From an uncultured Nitrospinota bacterium (GTDB lineage Bacteria > Tectomicrobia > Entotheonellia > J063 > CAVPRW01), in NCBI GenBank assembly GCA_963707985.1, contig CAVPRW010000027.1:145521-209520 (forward strand): a stretch of DNA of 64,000 bases, written 5' to 3'. Below, piece by piece: positions 21,709 through 31,990 of this stretch. A program made the position numbers and the translations under genes. The notes beneath the pieces were generated by a model. The model was not told the DNA's origin. It saw only the letters and a list, made by a program, of their open reading frames with translations, and did no database searches. The first letter of the stretch is position 1. Each line of letters begins with the position of its first letter.

Positions 21709-22008
21709 GGTCTCATCTCTCCTTGAGCTACCATTGTTCGGAGGAAACGCCCTGAGTCGGCTATACGTCTGGTACCACTTGCTTGCTGGAAAATCCCTCG
21801 CCATCAAGCTGATCTGCATACCGGAAAGACAATACTGGGGTTCTTGACCCTATGCCATAAAAAGGGGTACGATAGTGGAACATTTTCCAAGCATGTTGCG
21901 TGGAATCGATTCCACAAAGTTCTGTCCGTACCTCAAACAGGGGCGGAGTGGCCTCTGCCGGAAACCGGCAGGCGCGAGCGTAACGCCCCAGCCTGGAGGA
22001 GCGACACG

Positions 22009-22284
22009 ATGGCCATCACACGAGTTCGCGGAACATACTATGGTATGCCGGTAATCTTTCATCAGGAGGATGGGCAAACGGTGAGGATCACTCCAGGGCG
22101 CTTCTGTCCGGCATGCCATAACTCGGCCTATCTCGATGTGGATGAGGGGTTCCGTGAATGTCGCAGTTGTAGCCGCTGCTATTATCTACCCAGCCAAAGG
22201 CAGATCGATGCAGCCTCTCAAAAAGCTGCTCTCGAAAACAGCGCGCAAGTTGCTTCCACAAGTAACGTCGGCGGCGAGGATTGA
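22009..22284 (+). CDS. Small zinc-ribbon protein
   Basis: RBS GGAGGAG; CPAC...CRSC. Confidence 0.55.
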   Translation: MAITRVRGTYYGMPVIFHQEDGQTVRITPGRFCPACHNSAYLDVDEGFRECRSCSRCYYLPSQRQIDAASQKAALENSAQVASTSNVGGED

Positions 22285-22339
22285 GGCGCTCACCACAACG
22301 GACATAAGAAAGATTTCTCAGAGCAACTTCCCAATCCCA

Positions 22340-22365
22340 CGCCCCCCTTCGACAACAGGGGGGCG
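22340..22365. terminator. Hairpin between convergent genes
   Basis: cgcccccct...aggggggcg. Confidence 0.4.
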
Positions 22366-22402
22366 AACGGACTCCATCGATGCAGGCCACGCCACGCAGA
22401 TG

Positions 22403-24076
22403 TTAGGACGGGGTCCAGGCCCGAGGCGCTATGCCGTTGATGTCCGACACCACATCCACCACCGCCGGCTTGCCGGAGGCTATGGCCTTGTCCAGGGCGC
22501 CTTGAATCTCGCCGGGGTGGTGCACCCGAATACCAAAGCCGCCCATATCCTCGGCGAGCTTGGCAAAGTTGGTATCCGGAAACACCCAGAGCTCCTCCAC
22601 GTTCCCCGGCTCGCCGCCATAGTAACGCTCATTGCCCCGCTTTTCCTGATTCAGGGAGTGGTTGTTGTTGACGATGGTCACGGTGTTGATGCCATACCGC
22701 ACCGCCGTCTCCAACTCCCCGAAATGGTACCAGAAGCCACCGTCGCCGGTGAAGCACACCACAGGCCGATCGGGCAAGGCGCATTTGACCCCCAGCGCGG
22801 CGGGGAACGCCCACCCGAGTGACCCAGCACAGCGGAGGAACCGCTGGTTGGGGTCCTTGGCGTCCACCATCGTGCCGGTCCAAATACCGGAATGGCCCGT
22901 ATCGGTCACCAACACCGCATCACTGGGTAGCCACGCGGTGAGCTCCGTGCACAGGCGCTCCGGGCGGGTGGGTGAGGTATCGGAGTGGGCCAACGGCGCC
23001 ACCTCCTCGCGCCAGGCGTGTACCAGCTCCTGCACGCGGGCGAGCCAGTCGTTCCTGGGTGCGCTCGCTTCCGCCGCCTCGATCATCCTGCGCAGCGCGG
23101 CCTTGGCGTCTCCCTGCAAGCCGGCCTGAATCGGGTAGCTGCGTCCCAGCTCCGCAGGATCGATGTCCAGCTGGATGACCGTGGTGCCCGTGCGCGGGAT
23201 CTGCCACTCCGTCGTCACCTGACTGCCGGTGTGGCTGCCGATGAAGAACACCAGGTCCGCTTCCGACACCACCCGGTTGGCGCACCACCGGGAGTATGTA
23301 CCACAAACGCCCACCGACAGGGGATGATGATCCGGAATGGTACCTTTCGCGTTCAGCGAGGTCGCGACCGGAATGGACAGTCGCTCGGCCAACTCCACGA
23401 CTTCGCGCTGCGCTTGCGAGGATGCTACGCCGCCGCCAGCGACGATGACCGGCCGCCTGGCCCCAGCCAGGATGCGCAAGGCATCTTGAACCATAGCCAT
23501 TTCGGGCTCGCTGCGGAAGGGCGGCACGTGAGTGAAAGGCTCCTCCACCACCAAGTCCAGGTCCGCTTCGGCGTCCATGATCACGTTGCCTGTGGTCCCT
23601 TGCAAATCTAAATGAACCGGCCCGGGCGCGCCCGACGTGGCCGACCGAAAGGCTTGGCGCAGCAGTAGGGGCAACTGCGCCGCGCTGTCCACGATGACAT
23701 TGTACTTGGTGACGGCCGCGAAGGGTTGTATATGGTCGATTTCCTGATAGTGGTGGCGGTATTGCTGCATCGGCGTCCCGCGGCCGGTCAGGGCGATGAC
23801 GGGCGACCCGGCCAGGTACGCGTCCTGGAGCCCAGCTGCCAGGTTGGCGGCACCGACGTTCTGGGCCATGCAGACCCCGGCCCGATGGGCGGCTCGGGCG
23901 TACCCGTCGGCCATATAGGCGGCGGCCTTCTCACCGTGGGTCATGATGCGGCGTATACCCACCTTCTCCATCTCGACCAGTGCCCTGGTCACCACCATAG
24001 GCATATAGAAGGTATGCGTCACCCCGTAGGCCTTCATCATGTCGACCATGAACTTGGCTCCGGTCATCCGTGGCAT
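22403..24076 (-). CDS. Thiamine pyrophosphate-binding enzyme (acetolactate synthase-like)
   Basis: HGEKAAAYMADGYAR, GPVHLDL, TPP motif GDGG...NN. Confidence 0.92.
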   Translation of the reverse strand: MPRMTGAKFMVDMMKAYGVTHTFYMPMVVTRALVEMEKVGIRRIMTHGEKAAAYMADGYARAAHRAGVCMAQNVGAANLAAGLQDAYLAGSPVIALTGRGTPMQQYRHHYQEIDHIQPFAAVTKYNVIVDSAAQLPLLLRQAFRSATSGAPGPVHLDLQGTTGNVIMDAEADLDLVVEEPFTHVPPFRSEPEMAMVQDALRILAGARRPVIVAGGGVASSQAQREVVELAERLSIPVATSLNAKGTIPDHHPLSVGVCGTYSRWCANRVVSEADLVFFIGSHTGSQVTTEWQIPRTGTTVIQLDIDPAELGRSYPIQAGLQGDAKAALRRMIEAAEASAPRNDWLARVQELVHAWREEVAPLAHSDTSPTRPERLCTELTAWLPSDAVLVTDTGHSGIWTGTMVDAKDPNQRFLRCAGSLGWAFPAALGVKCALPDRPVVCFTGDGGFWYHFGELETAVRYGINTVTIVNNNHSLNQEKRGNERYYGGEPGNVEELWVFPDTNFAKLAEDMGGFGIRVHHPGEIQGALDKAIASGKPAVVDVVSDINGIAPRAWTPS

Positions 24077-24431
24077 AAAGTGCCCTCCCTTGATAAGTGT
24101 GATCGGTTCGCCCGCTCCGGATGGGCGGGTACATGCCATCCGCAGATGCTCCCCCTGGCCGCACCATCCTGGTGCGTCCCCCAATCCCCTTGCCGGCGCA
24201 TCATACGCCTGGCCTAGCGAGATGGCAAGTCTGCGCTGCAACCTACACACGATGTCTCATATGGCCTAACACGGATAACCCGAGAGCACATTCCTTTGAC
24301 AGCGTGCCCCATCCCGATTACACTCGCCCTCGGCTCCAGGGAAGTTTTCGTCTGCGGGAGAAATATACTCAGTTCTCTAGTCATTATCATAGGGTAGCTC
24401 CGGTGCAAACGTTGGAAGGGGGGAGAGCGAC

Positions 24432-25373
24432 ATGTCCATCTTGGTCATCGGCGGTACGGGATTTATTGGTCCACGCGTCATCAAGCGTCTGGCAGCACGA
24501 GGCGAAGACATCTTTTGCATGGATATCAACCCAGGGGCGGCAGCGTTTGCCGGTCTGGAGGATCAGGTGACGGTCATGCGGGGCGACGTGACGCAGTTTG
24601 AGGATGTCATGCGTGTGGCGATCGAGACCAAGCCAGACCGGCTGCTCAATCTCTCCTACCTCCTGGGCGGCGGCGAAGGCAACCCCCACCATCAGCTGCG
24701 GCTGAATATTCTGGGGATGGATAACTGCTTTGAGGTGGCGCGGCTGTGTGGTATTCGGCGGGTGGTCTATGCCAGCTCGGTGGCGGTCAGCGGGCTCCAA
24801 CGTCATTTTGGCGAACGCCTGGTGAACGAAGACGACCCGAAATTCGGCACCAGCCAGTACGCCATGCACAAGATCTTCAACGAGTTCCAGGCCGCGCAGT
24901 ACATCAAGAACTATGGAATGTCGATTACCGGCGTCCGTCCGGCGAACGTCACTGGCCCCGATAAGGTGCGCGGTTCGACGGATCATGTCCAACTGATCAC
25001 CTTGCCCGCCCAGGGCCAGCCCGTCCGCATGCCTGGGAAATCTTTCATGCGCCTGCCAATCCACGTCGAGGACATCGCCGAAGTCTTCGTGCGCGTGCTG
25101 TTGGCCGATGCGCCTCGCCATCCCATCTACAACTCGGGAGGCATCCCCATCAGCCTCGGCGAACTGGCCGATATCGTGCGGGACTTCATTCCCGAGGCCC
25201 AGATCACGTTCGAGAGCGACGGTGGGCTTGAGGATTCAGGCACATATCTGGTGGATAACAGTCGTTTGCGTCAGGAGTTCGATGTCGAGTATCCGCCGTT
25301 TCGCACGCGGGTGCTGGAGATCATCAACGATGTCCGCCGCCAGGAAGGGCTGCCGCTGGTCGAGGTACGCTGA
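24432..25373 (+). CDS. NAD-dependent epimerase/dehydratase
   Basis: GGTGFIG, YASS, YAMHK. Confidence 0.9.
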   Translation: MSILVIGGTGFIGPRVIKRLAARGEDIFCMDINPGAAAFAGLEDQVTVMRGDVTQFEDVMRVAIETKPDRLLNLSYLLGGGEGNPHHQLRLNILGMDNCFEVARLCGIRRVVYASSVAVSGLQRHFGERLVNEDDPKFGTSQYAMHKIFNEFQAAQYIKNYGMSITGVRPANVTGPDKVRGSTDHVQLITLPAQGQPVRMPGKSFMRLPIHVEDIAEVFVRVLLADAPRHPIYNSGGIPISLGELADIVRDFIPEAQITFESDGGLEDSGTYLVDNSRLRQEFDVEYPPFRTRVLEIINDVRRQEGLPLVEVR

Positions 25374-25418
25374 GGGCAGTGAGTGGGCCATACCGAACCA
25401 GCTTTGAGGAGGGAAACC

Positions 25419-26174
25419 ATGGGCAGGCTTGATGGGAAAGTGGGGCTGATCAGTGGGGGGGCCCGCGGGCAAGGGGCCACGGAGGCGAAGTTTTTTGCGC
25501 GAGAAGGAGCCAAGGTCGTGGTGGGCGACATCTTGGATGAGTTGGGACAGAAGGTTGAGGCCGAGATCCGCGCCGCTGGCGGTGAGGCGACGTACGTCCA
25601 CCTGGACGTGACCGACGAGGAACAGTGGCGCGCCGCAGTTGCGACCGCCGTGCAGCGCTATGGCAAGCTGGACGTCCTGGTGAATAACGCTGGAATTTTG
25701 TTGCGCCGGTCCATCGAGGCGATGACGGTCGAAGAATGGGACCGCATCATGGCGGTGAACTTGAAGGGGGTCTTTCTGGGGACGAAAACAGCCATTCCCG
25801 CCATGCGACGCGCCGGAGGCGGCTCCATCATCAATATTTCCTCGACGGCGGGGCTGGTCGGGAGCCCTGGAGAGACCGCGGCCTACATCGCCACGAAAGG
25901 TGGCGTGCGCCTGTTCACCAAGGCGACGGCGATCCAGCATGCCAAGGACAACATCCGCTGTAACTCCGTCCATCCTGGGCCCGTGGCCACCGACATGATC
26001 CGCGATACGTTGGAAAACCCGGACCTGTGGGCGCAACGCCTGCGACGGTTACCGATGGGGCGGGCTGCCACCCCAGAAGACATCGCGTATGGGGTTCTGT
26101 TCCTCGCCTCTGATGAGTCATCGTATATGACGGGGAGCGAACTCGTCATCGATGGCGGTACCACGGCGGAGTAG
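25419..26174 (+). CDS. Short-chain dehydrogenase/reductase
   Basis: SGGARGQG, NNAG, YIATK, DGG. Confidence 0.93.
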   Translation: MGRLDGKVGLISGGARGQGATEAKFFAREGAKVVVGDILDELGQKVEAEIRAAGGEATYVHLDVTDEEQWRAAVATAVQRYGKLDVLVNNAGILLRRSIEAMTVEEWDRIMAVNLKGVFLGTKTAIPAMRRAGGGSIINISSTAGLVGSPGETAAYIATKGGVRLFTKATAIQHAKDNIRCNSVHPGPVATDMIRDTLENPDLWAQRLRRLPMGRAATPEDIAYGVLFLASDESSYMTGSELVIDGGTTAE

Positions 26175-26432
26175 ACGAGCTGTTAGTCAGACCAACGAGA
26201 CATGAGACTATGCACAGTGGGGTGAGAGAACACCTCATAGGGCGCTCTTTCGCCCTGACAGGCGATCGAGAAAGGAGTAGGCTCCATAACGATCCTGGTC
26301 ATCTTGCCCTGCTGTGCCCATCCTATTTACTTGCACAGAAAACATGCTACGCTACTGAGGAAATTGCCGCCATTCTTTACCTCCCAGACCATGGCGCCAA
26401 GAACCTCGCAATTCAGCGAAAGGAGGAGCCAG

Positions 26433-26735
26433 GTGCTCAAGGCCCACGATTTCGTGGAGGCCCGCCTGTACAATAGCGAGGAAGATGTGATTCAGGATGC
26501 CCTGCGTCACTTGCTCCGCGCCCGCCCTGAGCTGCGTATCCAGCTGGCCATTCATCGCTACCAGACAGAGAAACTCTCCCTGGCAAAGGCCGCCAACCTC
26601 GCTGGTGTCAGCTGGGCTCAGATGAAAGACATAGTACTGGAACGCGGCGTTCAGCCTCGACTAGGCCCAGAAACCCTGGAGGAGGCCGAGAAAGAAGCCC
26701 AGTCCCTGCGAGATTACTTTCAGACCCAACCATGA
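26433..26735 (+). CDS. UPF0175-family antitoxin
   Basis: YQTEKLSLAKAANLAGVS; RBS AGGAGG before GTG; ATGA overlap with the PIN gene. Confidence 0.8.
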   Translation: MLKAHDFVEARLYNSEEDVIQDALRHLLRARPELRIQLAIHRYQTEKLSLAKAANLAGVSWAQMKDIVLERGVQPRLGPETLEEAEKEAQSLRDYFQTQP

Positions 26736-27244
26736 GCGTCATCGCTAACACCACGGTGATCTCGAATTTTTCCAGCATCAATCACCTCGACCTGCTACGC
26801 CGACTCTTTGGTGCGCTGTACCTCTCGACTGAGGTCTATGAAGAGATTCGGATTGGGCTAGAGGAAGGCTACCAGTTTTACGCTGGTATTGACCAGATGA
26901 TTCATCCCTTCGTTCACGATGGGTGGATACGATTGACCAGCATGGCTGATCAAGCAGAGATAGCTCTGTATGGCGAGTTGCCATCCCGCTTGCACAGGGG
27001 AGAAGCGTCGTGTTTGGTCATTGCCCGACACCGTGGTTGGATGCTGCTTACCGACGACCGCGCCGCCCGCGATGAGGGTAATCGCCTAGGTATCATGGTC
27101 TCGGGTTCGGTGGGATGTTTGGTTCTGGCCGTTGAGCGTGGACTTTGGACCCTGGAACAAGCGAATGTCTGGTTGGGTGAGATGATCCGTCAGGGCTACC
27201 GCTCTCCAGTCAACGATTTGACGTCGCTGCTCAAGCGCACCTGA
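26732..27244 (+). CDS. PIN-domain (DUF3368-like) toxin
   Basis: IANTTVI, LHRGEASCL, LTDDRAAR, GSVGCL. Confidence 0.85.
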   Translation: MSVIANTTVISNFSSINHLDLLRRLFGALYLSTEVYEEIRIGLEEGYQFYAGIDQMIHPFVHDGWIRLTSMADQAEIALYGELPSRLHRGEASCLVIARHRGWMLLTDDRAARDEGNRLGIMVSGSVGCLVLAVERGLWTLEQANVWLGEMIRQGYRSPVNDLTSLLKRT

Positions 27245-27338
27245 CTTTTGCGTAAGTGAGCGATGCTCATCCCAGGCAGGGCTCGTGGGCATCATCGATC
27301 TCGCCTATCTTGATGGTGGAAGAGAATGGGAACCGAAA

Positions 27339-27767
27339 ATGGACGTGACAACGCTCGCAAAGGAGTTGGCGGTCTTTCTCATCCCATTCTTGCCTTATTT
27401 GTTAAAAGCAGGTGAGAAGGCTGCTGAGGAAGCTGGAAAGAAATTAGGTAGTGATGCATGGGACCGAGCTAAGGGTCTGTGGGCAAAACTGCGCCCGAAG
27501 GTGGAGGCCAAACCTGCTGCTCAGGAGGCTGTGCAGGATGCCGCCGTAGCGCCGAACGACGACGATATCCAGGCCGCCCTTCGTCTGCAGTTGAGAAAAC
27601 TCCTGACTGAGGATGCCGGGCTCGCCAGGGAAATCGAGCGATTATGGCAAGAGGCGCAACAAGCAGGCATAACCGTCATCGCGGCCGGTGAACGTAGCGT
27701 GGCCATCGGTCGGGATGTTACCAGCAGCACTATCATTACCGGCGATCAGAATGTGGTCAAACCATAG
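27339..27767 (+). CDS. Bell-like helical protein with C-terminal amyloid-signalling-like motif
   Basis: Hydrophobic N-terminal helix (LAVFLIPFLPYLL), helical body, C-terminal AAGERSVAIGRDVTSSTIITGDQN. Confidence 0.8.
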   Translation: MDVTTLAKELAVFLIPFLPYLLKAGEKAAEEAGKKLGSDAWDRAKGLWAKLRPKVEAKPAAQEAVQDAAVAPNDDDIQAALRLQLRKLLTEDAGLAREIERLWQEAQQAGITVIAAGERSVAIGRDVTSSTIITGDQNVVKP

Positions 27768-27791
27768 CATAACGGGCTATGCGGGAGGTCC

Positions 27792-28758
27792 ATGGCGATG
27801 CCACCGGCCACGGTCTGCGTCTTCGTCAGTTCCACCTGGCTTGACTTGCAACCGGAGCGGAATGCAGTAGAGGCCGCGCTGCAGCGGTTGCGAGAGACGA
27901 AGTTCGTGGGCATGGAGTATTTTGGCAGTCGGGATGAAAGCACGCACCATGCCTCTCTGGACGAAGTCGACCGCAGCCAGGTATACGTAGGCATCTTCGG
28001 CGGACGCTACGGCTCTGGCATCACCGAGGCTGAATACCGCCGGGCGCGTGAGCGAGATTTGACCTGCTTCATCTATTTCAAGGATGAGGCAAACATTCCG
28101 GCTGAGGGGCGCGAGACCGACCCAAAACAGGCCAACCAGCTGGCCGCGCTGAAAGAAGAACTCCGTCGCCTCTACACTATCCCCACCTTCACAACCCCCG
28201 ATGACATAGCTGCGAAGATGACGGCCGACCTGCACCGCTGGCTCTTTGATGAATACCTGGCCTCTCAGTTGGAAAAGGCAGCGCGGGGAGACATTCCCCG
28301 TGAAAGGGCTCAAGCGCTGCTCACGGCGATCACGGATCTGAGTGCGCTGAGCCAGAACCTGCTGGCACGGCTGCGAGAGGTAGGATACGTCAAGGCTCAG
28401 GGTGAGCGGAGCATCGCGATAGGCGGAGATGTCACTGGCAGTACCGTTATGACTGGCGATCGATACATCGTGCACATCGGTGGGGATCATCCACGCGCTC
28501 TTTCCCCTGAGGAACGTCAGAAAAAATTGACGGAGTACCGCCAGCGCGTGGTGCGAGAGAATCATTTCGTGAACTTTCGTGGCATTCCGCTGCCACGCGA
28601 TCGATCTGGGCGCCCAGTGCCGCTCCAGATGCCGCTGGACAACGTGTATATTCGCCTTCAAGCCACTGAGGAGCAACGCAGTCGATCCTAGGAGGAGATC
28701 GAACGTAACCGCGTTGAAGCACAGGTTCGCGCGCAGGCAGAACATTGCACTCTTAGAC
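27792..28758 (+). pseudogene. DUF4062 domain + amyloid-like motif + pre-NACHT segment (truncated NLR-like protein)
   Basis: [62 protein letters not shown] at 28689, then IS630. Confidence 0.75.
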
Positions 28759-28761
28759 CTA

Positions 28762-30001
28762 GTGGTCCGTCCACTTGTTTTTGACAGGTTCCAAAATCGG
28801 GTACAGTCGTTTGAGTTTCACACGGGCGTCAGCGGTGGTGAACTGCCAGTTAACTTTCACCTGCGCAGCGTTCCGGGCGCTTTGCCAGGCAGCGACTTCG
28901 CTTGTTCACGTGGGGAAGTCTGGGATGCGGCGGTCGAGGCATTGTCCCCGCACCACCCCCAATTCGATTTCCGCCATGTTGAGCCAACTGCCGTGCTTCG
29001 GCGTGTAATGTACCTCCAGCTTGTTGATCAGCCGTCGAGCTTCCTCCGGCGGGAACGCCTCATACAGCGAGGCCAGTTGATGCGTGTTCAGGTTGTCCTG
29101 CACCAGCACGATTGTCTCGGCACTGGGATAGCTGACGTCCACCAGGTGTTGGATCGCCTCGGCATCATCCACGGCAGTGCGCCGCTCTGTCACCAGGACC
29201 TCGCGCCGGCCGGCCAGCGGCTCGAACATCATGAACAGGTTCCCCGTGCCATGGCGTTCGTACTCATAGTCGATGCGCTCCGGGCGTCCGGGGGCCGCCG
29301 GGAGCGGCGTGCGGACTTCCTGCACCAATTGCTTGGTCCCTTCATCAAAGCACATCAGCGGCCGCTGCGCATCATACGGTCGCTGATACACCTCCAGGAT
29401 ATCTTCCATCGCACAGACGAACTCGGCGTTTGCCTCCGGCGGAATGACCCATTGCTCCTTCAGCCAGGGCTTGAGGTCATTTTTTTGAGCGTTTGTCGCA
29501 CGGTTTCGCGCCCGATGGACTCCACACGCTCGAGTTCGACCAGCTTGTCCGCCAGCAGACGCAGCGTCCAGGACGCGCGCCCCTCCGGCGCCTGGCTGCA
29601 CGCCATGGCCACGAGACGGGCTTCCTGTGCGCCGTCGAGTGTGCGTGGCTTCGTGCGGGCGGGCGGTTGGCGGGCCAGGGCAGCATCCAGCCCGACCTCG
29701 ACGAACCGCTGGCGCAACCGATGGATGGTGGACATCCCGACCTCGAACGCGTCAGTGATCTGCCCGTCAGGCCAGTTCGGGCCATCAACATCGGCTTTCA
29801 GCAGCATTCGTGCCCGCAGCGCCTTGTCCCGGGCCACGCGCGGCCCCACCACCAACTGCTGGAGGGTGTGGCGTTCCTCGTCGGTCCACCGGACGATGTA
29901 CTTGGCTTCCTTGCCCATGGCTCGCTCCTTCCTCAGGTTCCAATGTGGAGCGATGTATCGCATAATGGGCCAAAGCTGTCAAAACAAAATGGATACCCCA
30001 C
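28762..30001 (-). mobile_element. IS630-family element
   Basis: Imperfect terminal IRs (gtggtccgtccacttgtttttgacag / ctgtcaaaacaaaatggataccccac) flanked by TA; HTH ORF 29460-29918 and DDE ORF (CFDE, QDNLNTH, WLNMAEIE) joined at an A7 slippery run near 29480; extra frameshift near 28910. Confidence 0.92.
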
Positions 30002-30004
30002 TAG

Positions 30005-31504
30005 CCATTAGTTTCGCGCCCTACGCTGCAAGAGGTAAAGCATGGTCGGGCTCCTCATGATTTTCGGCCAGATCGGGGGTAAACCGTGGTATGGGAAAAA
30101 TTCCGGCGTCGTGCAGGGCCTCACGACAGGCCCACACCACGTCCAGTTGGCTGGGGGCAACCTTCTGTCTGTACCACGGCCGATAGCGGCACAGATTGAC
30201 ACTCGTGCGCGCTCGACTTGGTCGAGAAACCACAGCGTGCGGGCCGCTGCCATGACCAAACGGAACGTGTTGGCGCCGATGATGCGTTGCCGTTTCCGGC
30301 ACTGATCTTGCCCCAGTCCATCGAAGGCATTGGCGTCGCGAATTTCAATTTCCACCGCCCAGCGGTCGCCATACTCGCTCAAGATCGCGTCGGTGCTCAA
30401 CGTCAGATCGGTGGTGAAAAAGGCCTCGACCGGCGGGGGTGGCTTTCGTTGCCCGGGCTGTTTGGGGCAGCGAGTGGCATCGCGTCGCACCACCACGACC
30501 CGCACGAGGCGCCCGGGCAACACCGAGTGCCACAGCCCACACCAGGCTTGGACCTCGGCGCCCGCTTCGCTGGGGTGAGGCGCCCAGCCCGTCGCGGTCT
30601 GGGCCAGGGTCTTGGGCGAGCCGATCAGGTCGCCTTTTTTGCGCGGGGCGCCGCGGCGCTTGTGCGTCGGCGTGGGCGGCAACGTGTAGAGCTTGGCGCT
30701 GATCGGGAAGCGGCCGACGACGTGGGCCGAATCGGGCAACTGACGGACATAGTCCTTCGTGGCATAGCCACCGTCGGCCAGGCTCCGGATGTGACGCCCG
30801 GGCAACTGCTCGGCACAAAATCGAGGATATCACGAGCCAACTGACTTCGGGAACGATACGGCACGTTGAGCTTGTGGGCTTGCTCGGGTTTGAGGTAGAG
30901 TTCGAGGCCAACCGGGACGCTGAGGCGATGGCCGGGCCAGCGCTTGAGGGGAAGCGGCATGATGCCCAAGACGAAGTTCAAGCCCCGAAGCGTCCGGTAT
31001 TCTTGTCGGGCGGAGCCGGCGCCATTGCGGTAGCGGCCGATGCCTTCGATCTGGCGGCCGGCTTTTTTCTTGGTCGTATCGTCGAAGACGACCCGAATGA
31101 CCTCGCCGTCGGGGACAAACTGGGCGGCCAGGCGGATGACAGCGCCCCAGAGTTGCCATCGTCGGTCGTAGAGGGGGCAACCGAGGAAGACATAGAATCG
31201 TGAAAAGTGCTTGACGGCGGTGGCCCGGTGAGCCACAGATAGGTGGTGATGGTGTGACGGTCACGGGCCAAGGCCCAGCCACAGGCCAGGTAGGTGAACG
31301 TTTGCCACGACGGGGCGGTAAAGAGGCCGTGAAACAGGGTCATGACAAAGATTCCAAATGACGAGTGCACAAAGGTGTCCACGGCAATATCCTCCGGAAA
31401 GAGAGTCTGTCATGTCAGATGACTCATCTTACCGGAATTGATGTTGCCGTGGCACTCTCATAGGCTGAACCCCCAACATGGGTGGAAAATCGCGAAACTA
31501 ATGG
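30005..31504 (-). mobile_element. IS701/IS4-like element with frameshifted DDE transposase
   Basis: Perfect IRs ccattagtttcgcg / cgcgaaactaatgg, each flanked by CTAG; FDDTTKKK, ADGGYA, YGDRWAVEIEIRD. Confidence 0.85.
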
Positions 31505-31537
31505 CTAGCGTATTGGCGTAAATAAGGAGATACAGCA

Positions 31538-31756
31538 ATGACCTCGCATCGACGCTATCGCTGTCGGTTCCGCAGCGTCCTACTGCCCGCCTGGCTGCCG
31601 GTGGCGAAGCGGCCCGAGGCGTCGATGTTGCTGTATCACCTGAGCCAGCGCCATCCCGACCAGGTGGGACCGTACCTGGAGCGGATGCGGACCGAATGTA
31701 TCACCACGGTGGTGGCCGAGGCCTTCGAGGCGGTCGAGGAGGACGAGACGCAGTGA
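31538..31756 (+). CDS. Small hypothetical protein
   Basis: RBS TAAGGAG; 72-aa ORF. Confidence 0.5.
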   Translation: MTSHRRYRCRFRSVLLPAWLPVAKRPEASMLLYHLSQRHPDQVGPYLERMRTECITTVVAEAFEAVEEDETQ

Positions 31757-31990
31757 GGGCTGATACTCACTGTCATGGCGCGAGCTCCTGAGACATGAGT
31801 CACCAGCCGCTCGGCTATCGACTGATGTTGAGCTTGGTGCTACCGATGGCCTGTCTCACCAGGACCGAAGCCCACCGGTCTAGATGTCACCGCTGGCACT
31901 CCTGTGCCTCCGACCACGGCGCCCATACCGATGGTGATCTCGGCTACTGAACGAGAACATCACACGGTCGCAGTGATTGACGTTCGAAGA

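Noticed and set aside
22009..22284. CPACH as a heme c site
   Set aside because: No signal peptide, and a second CxxC pair fits a zinc ribbon better.
54..28691. In-frame TAG codons (54, 8269, 28689) as amber recoding
   Set aside because: TAG ends intact genes here (26174, 48847) and no suppressor or pyrrolysine machinery is visible; ordinary decay is the simpler explanation.
28579..30060. 493-aa plus-strand ORF
   Set aside because: Antisense shadow of the IS630 transposase.
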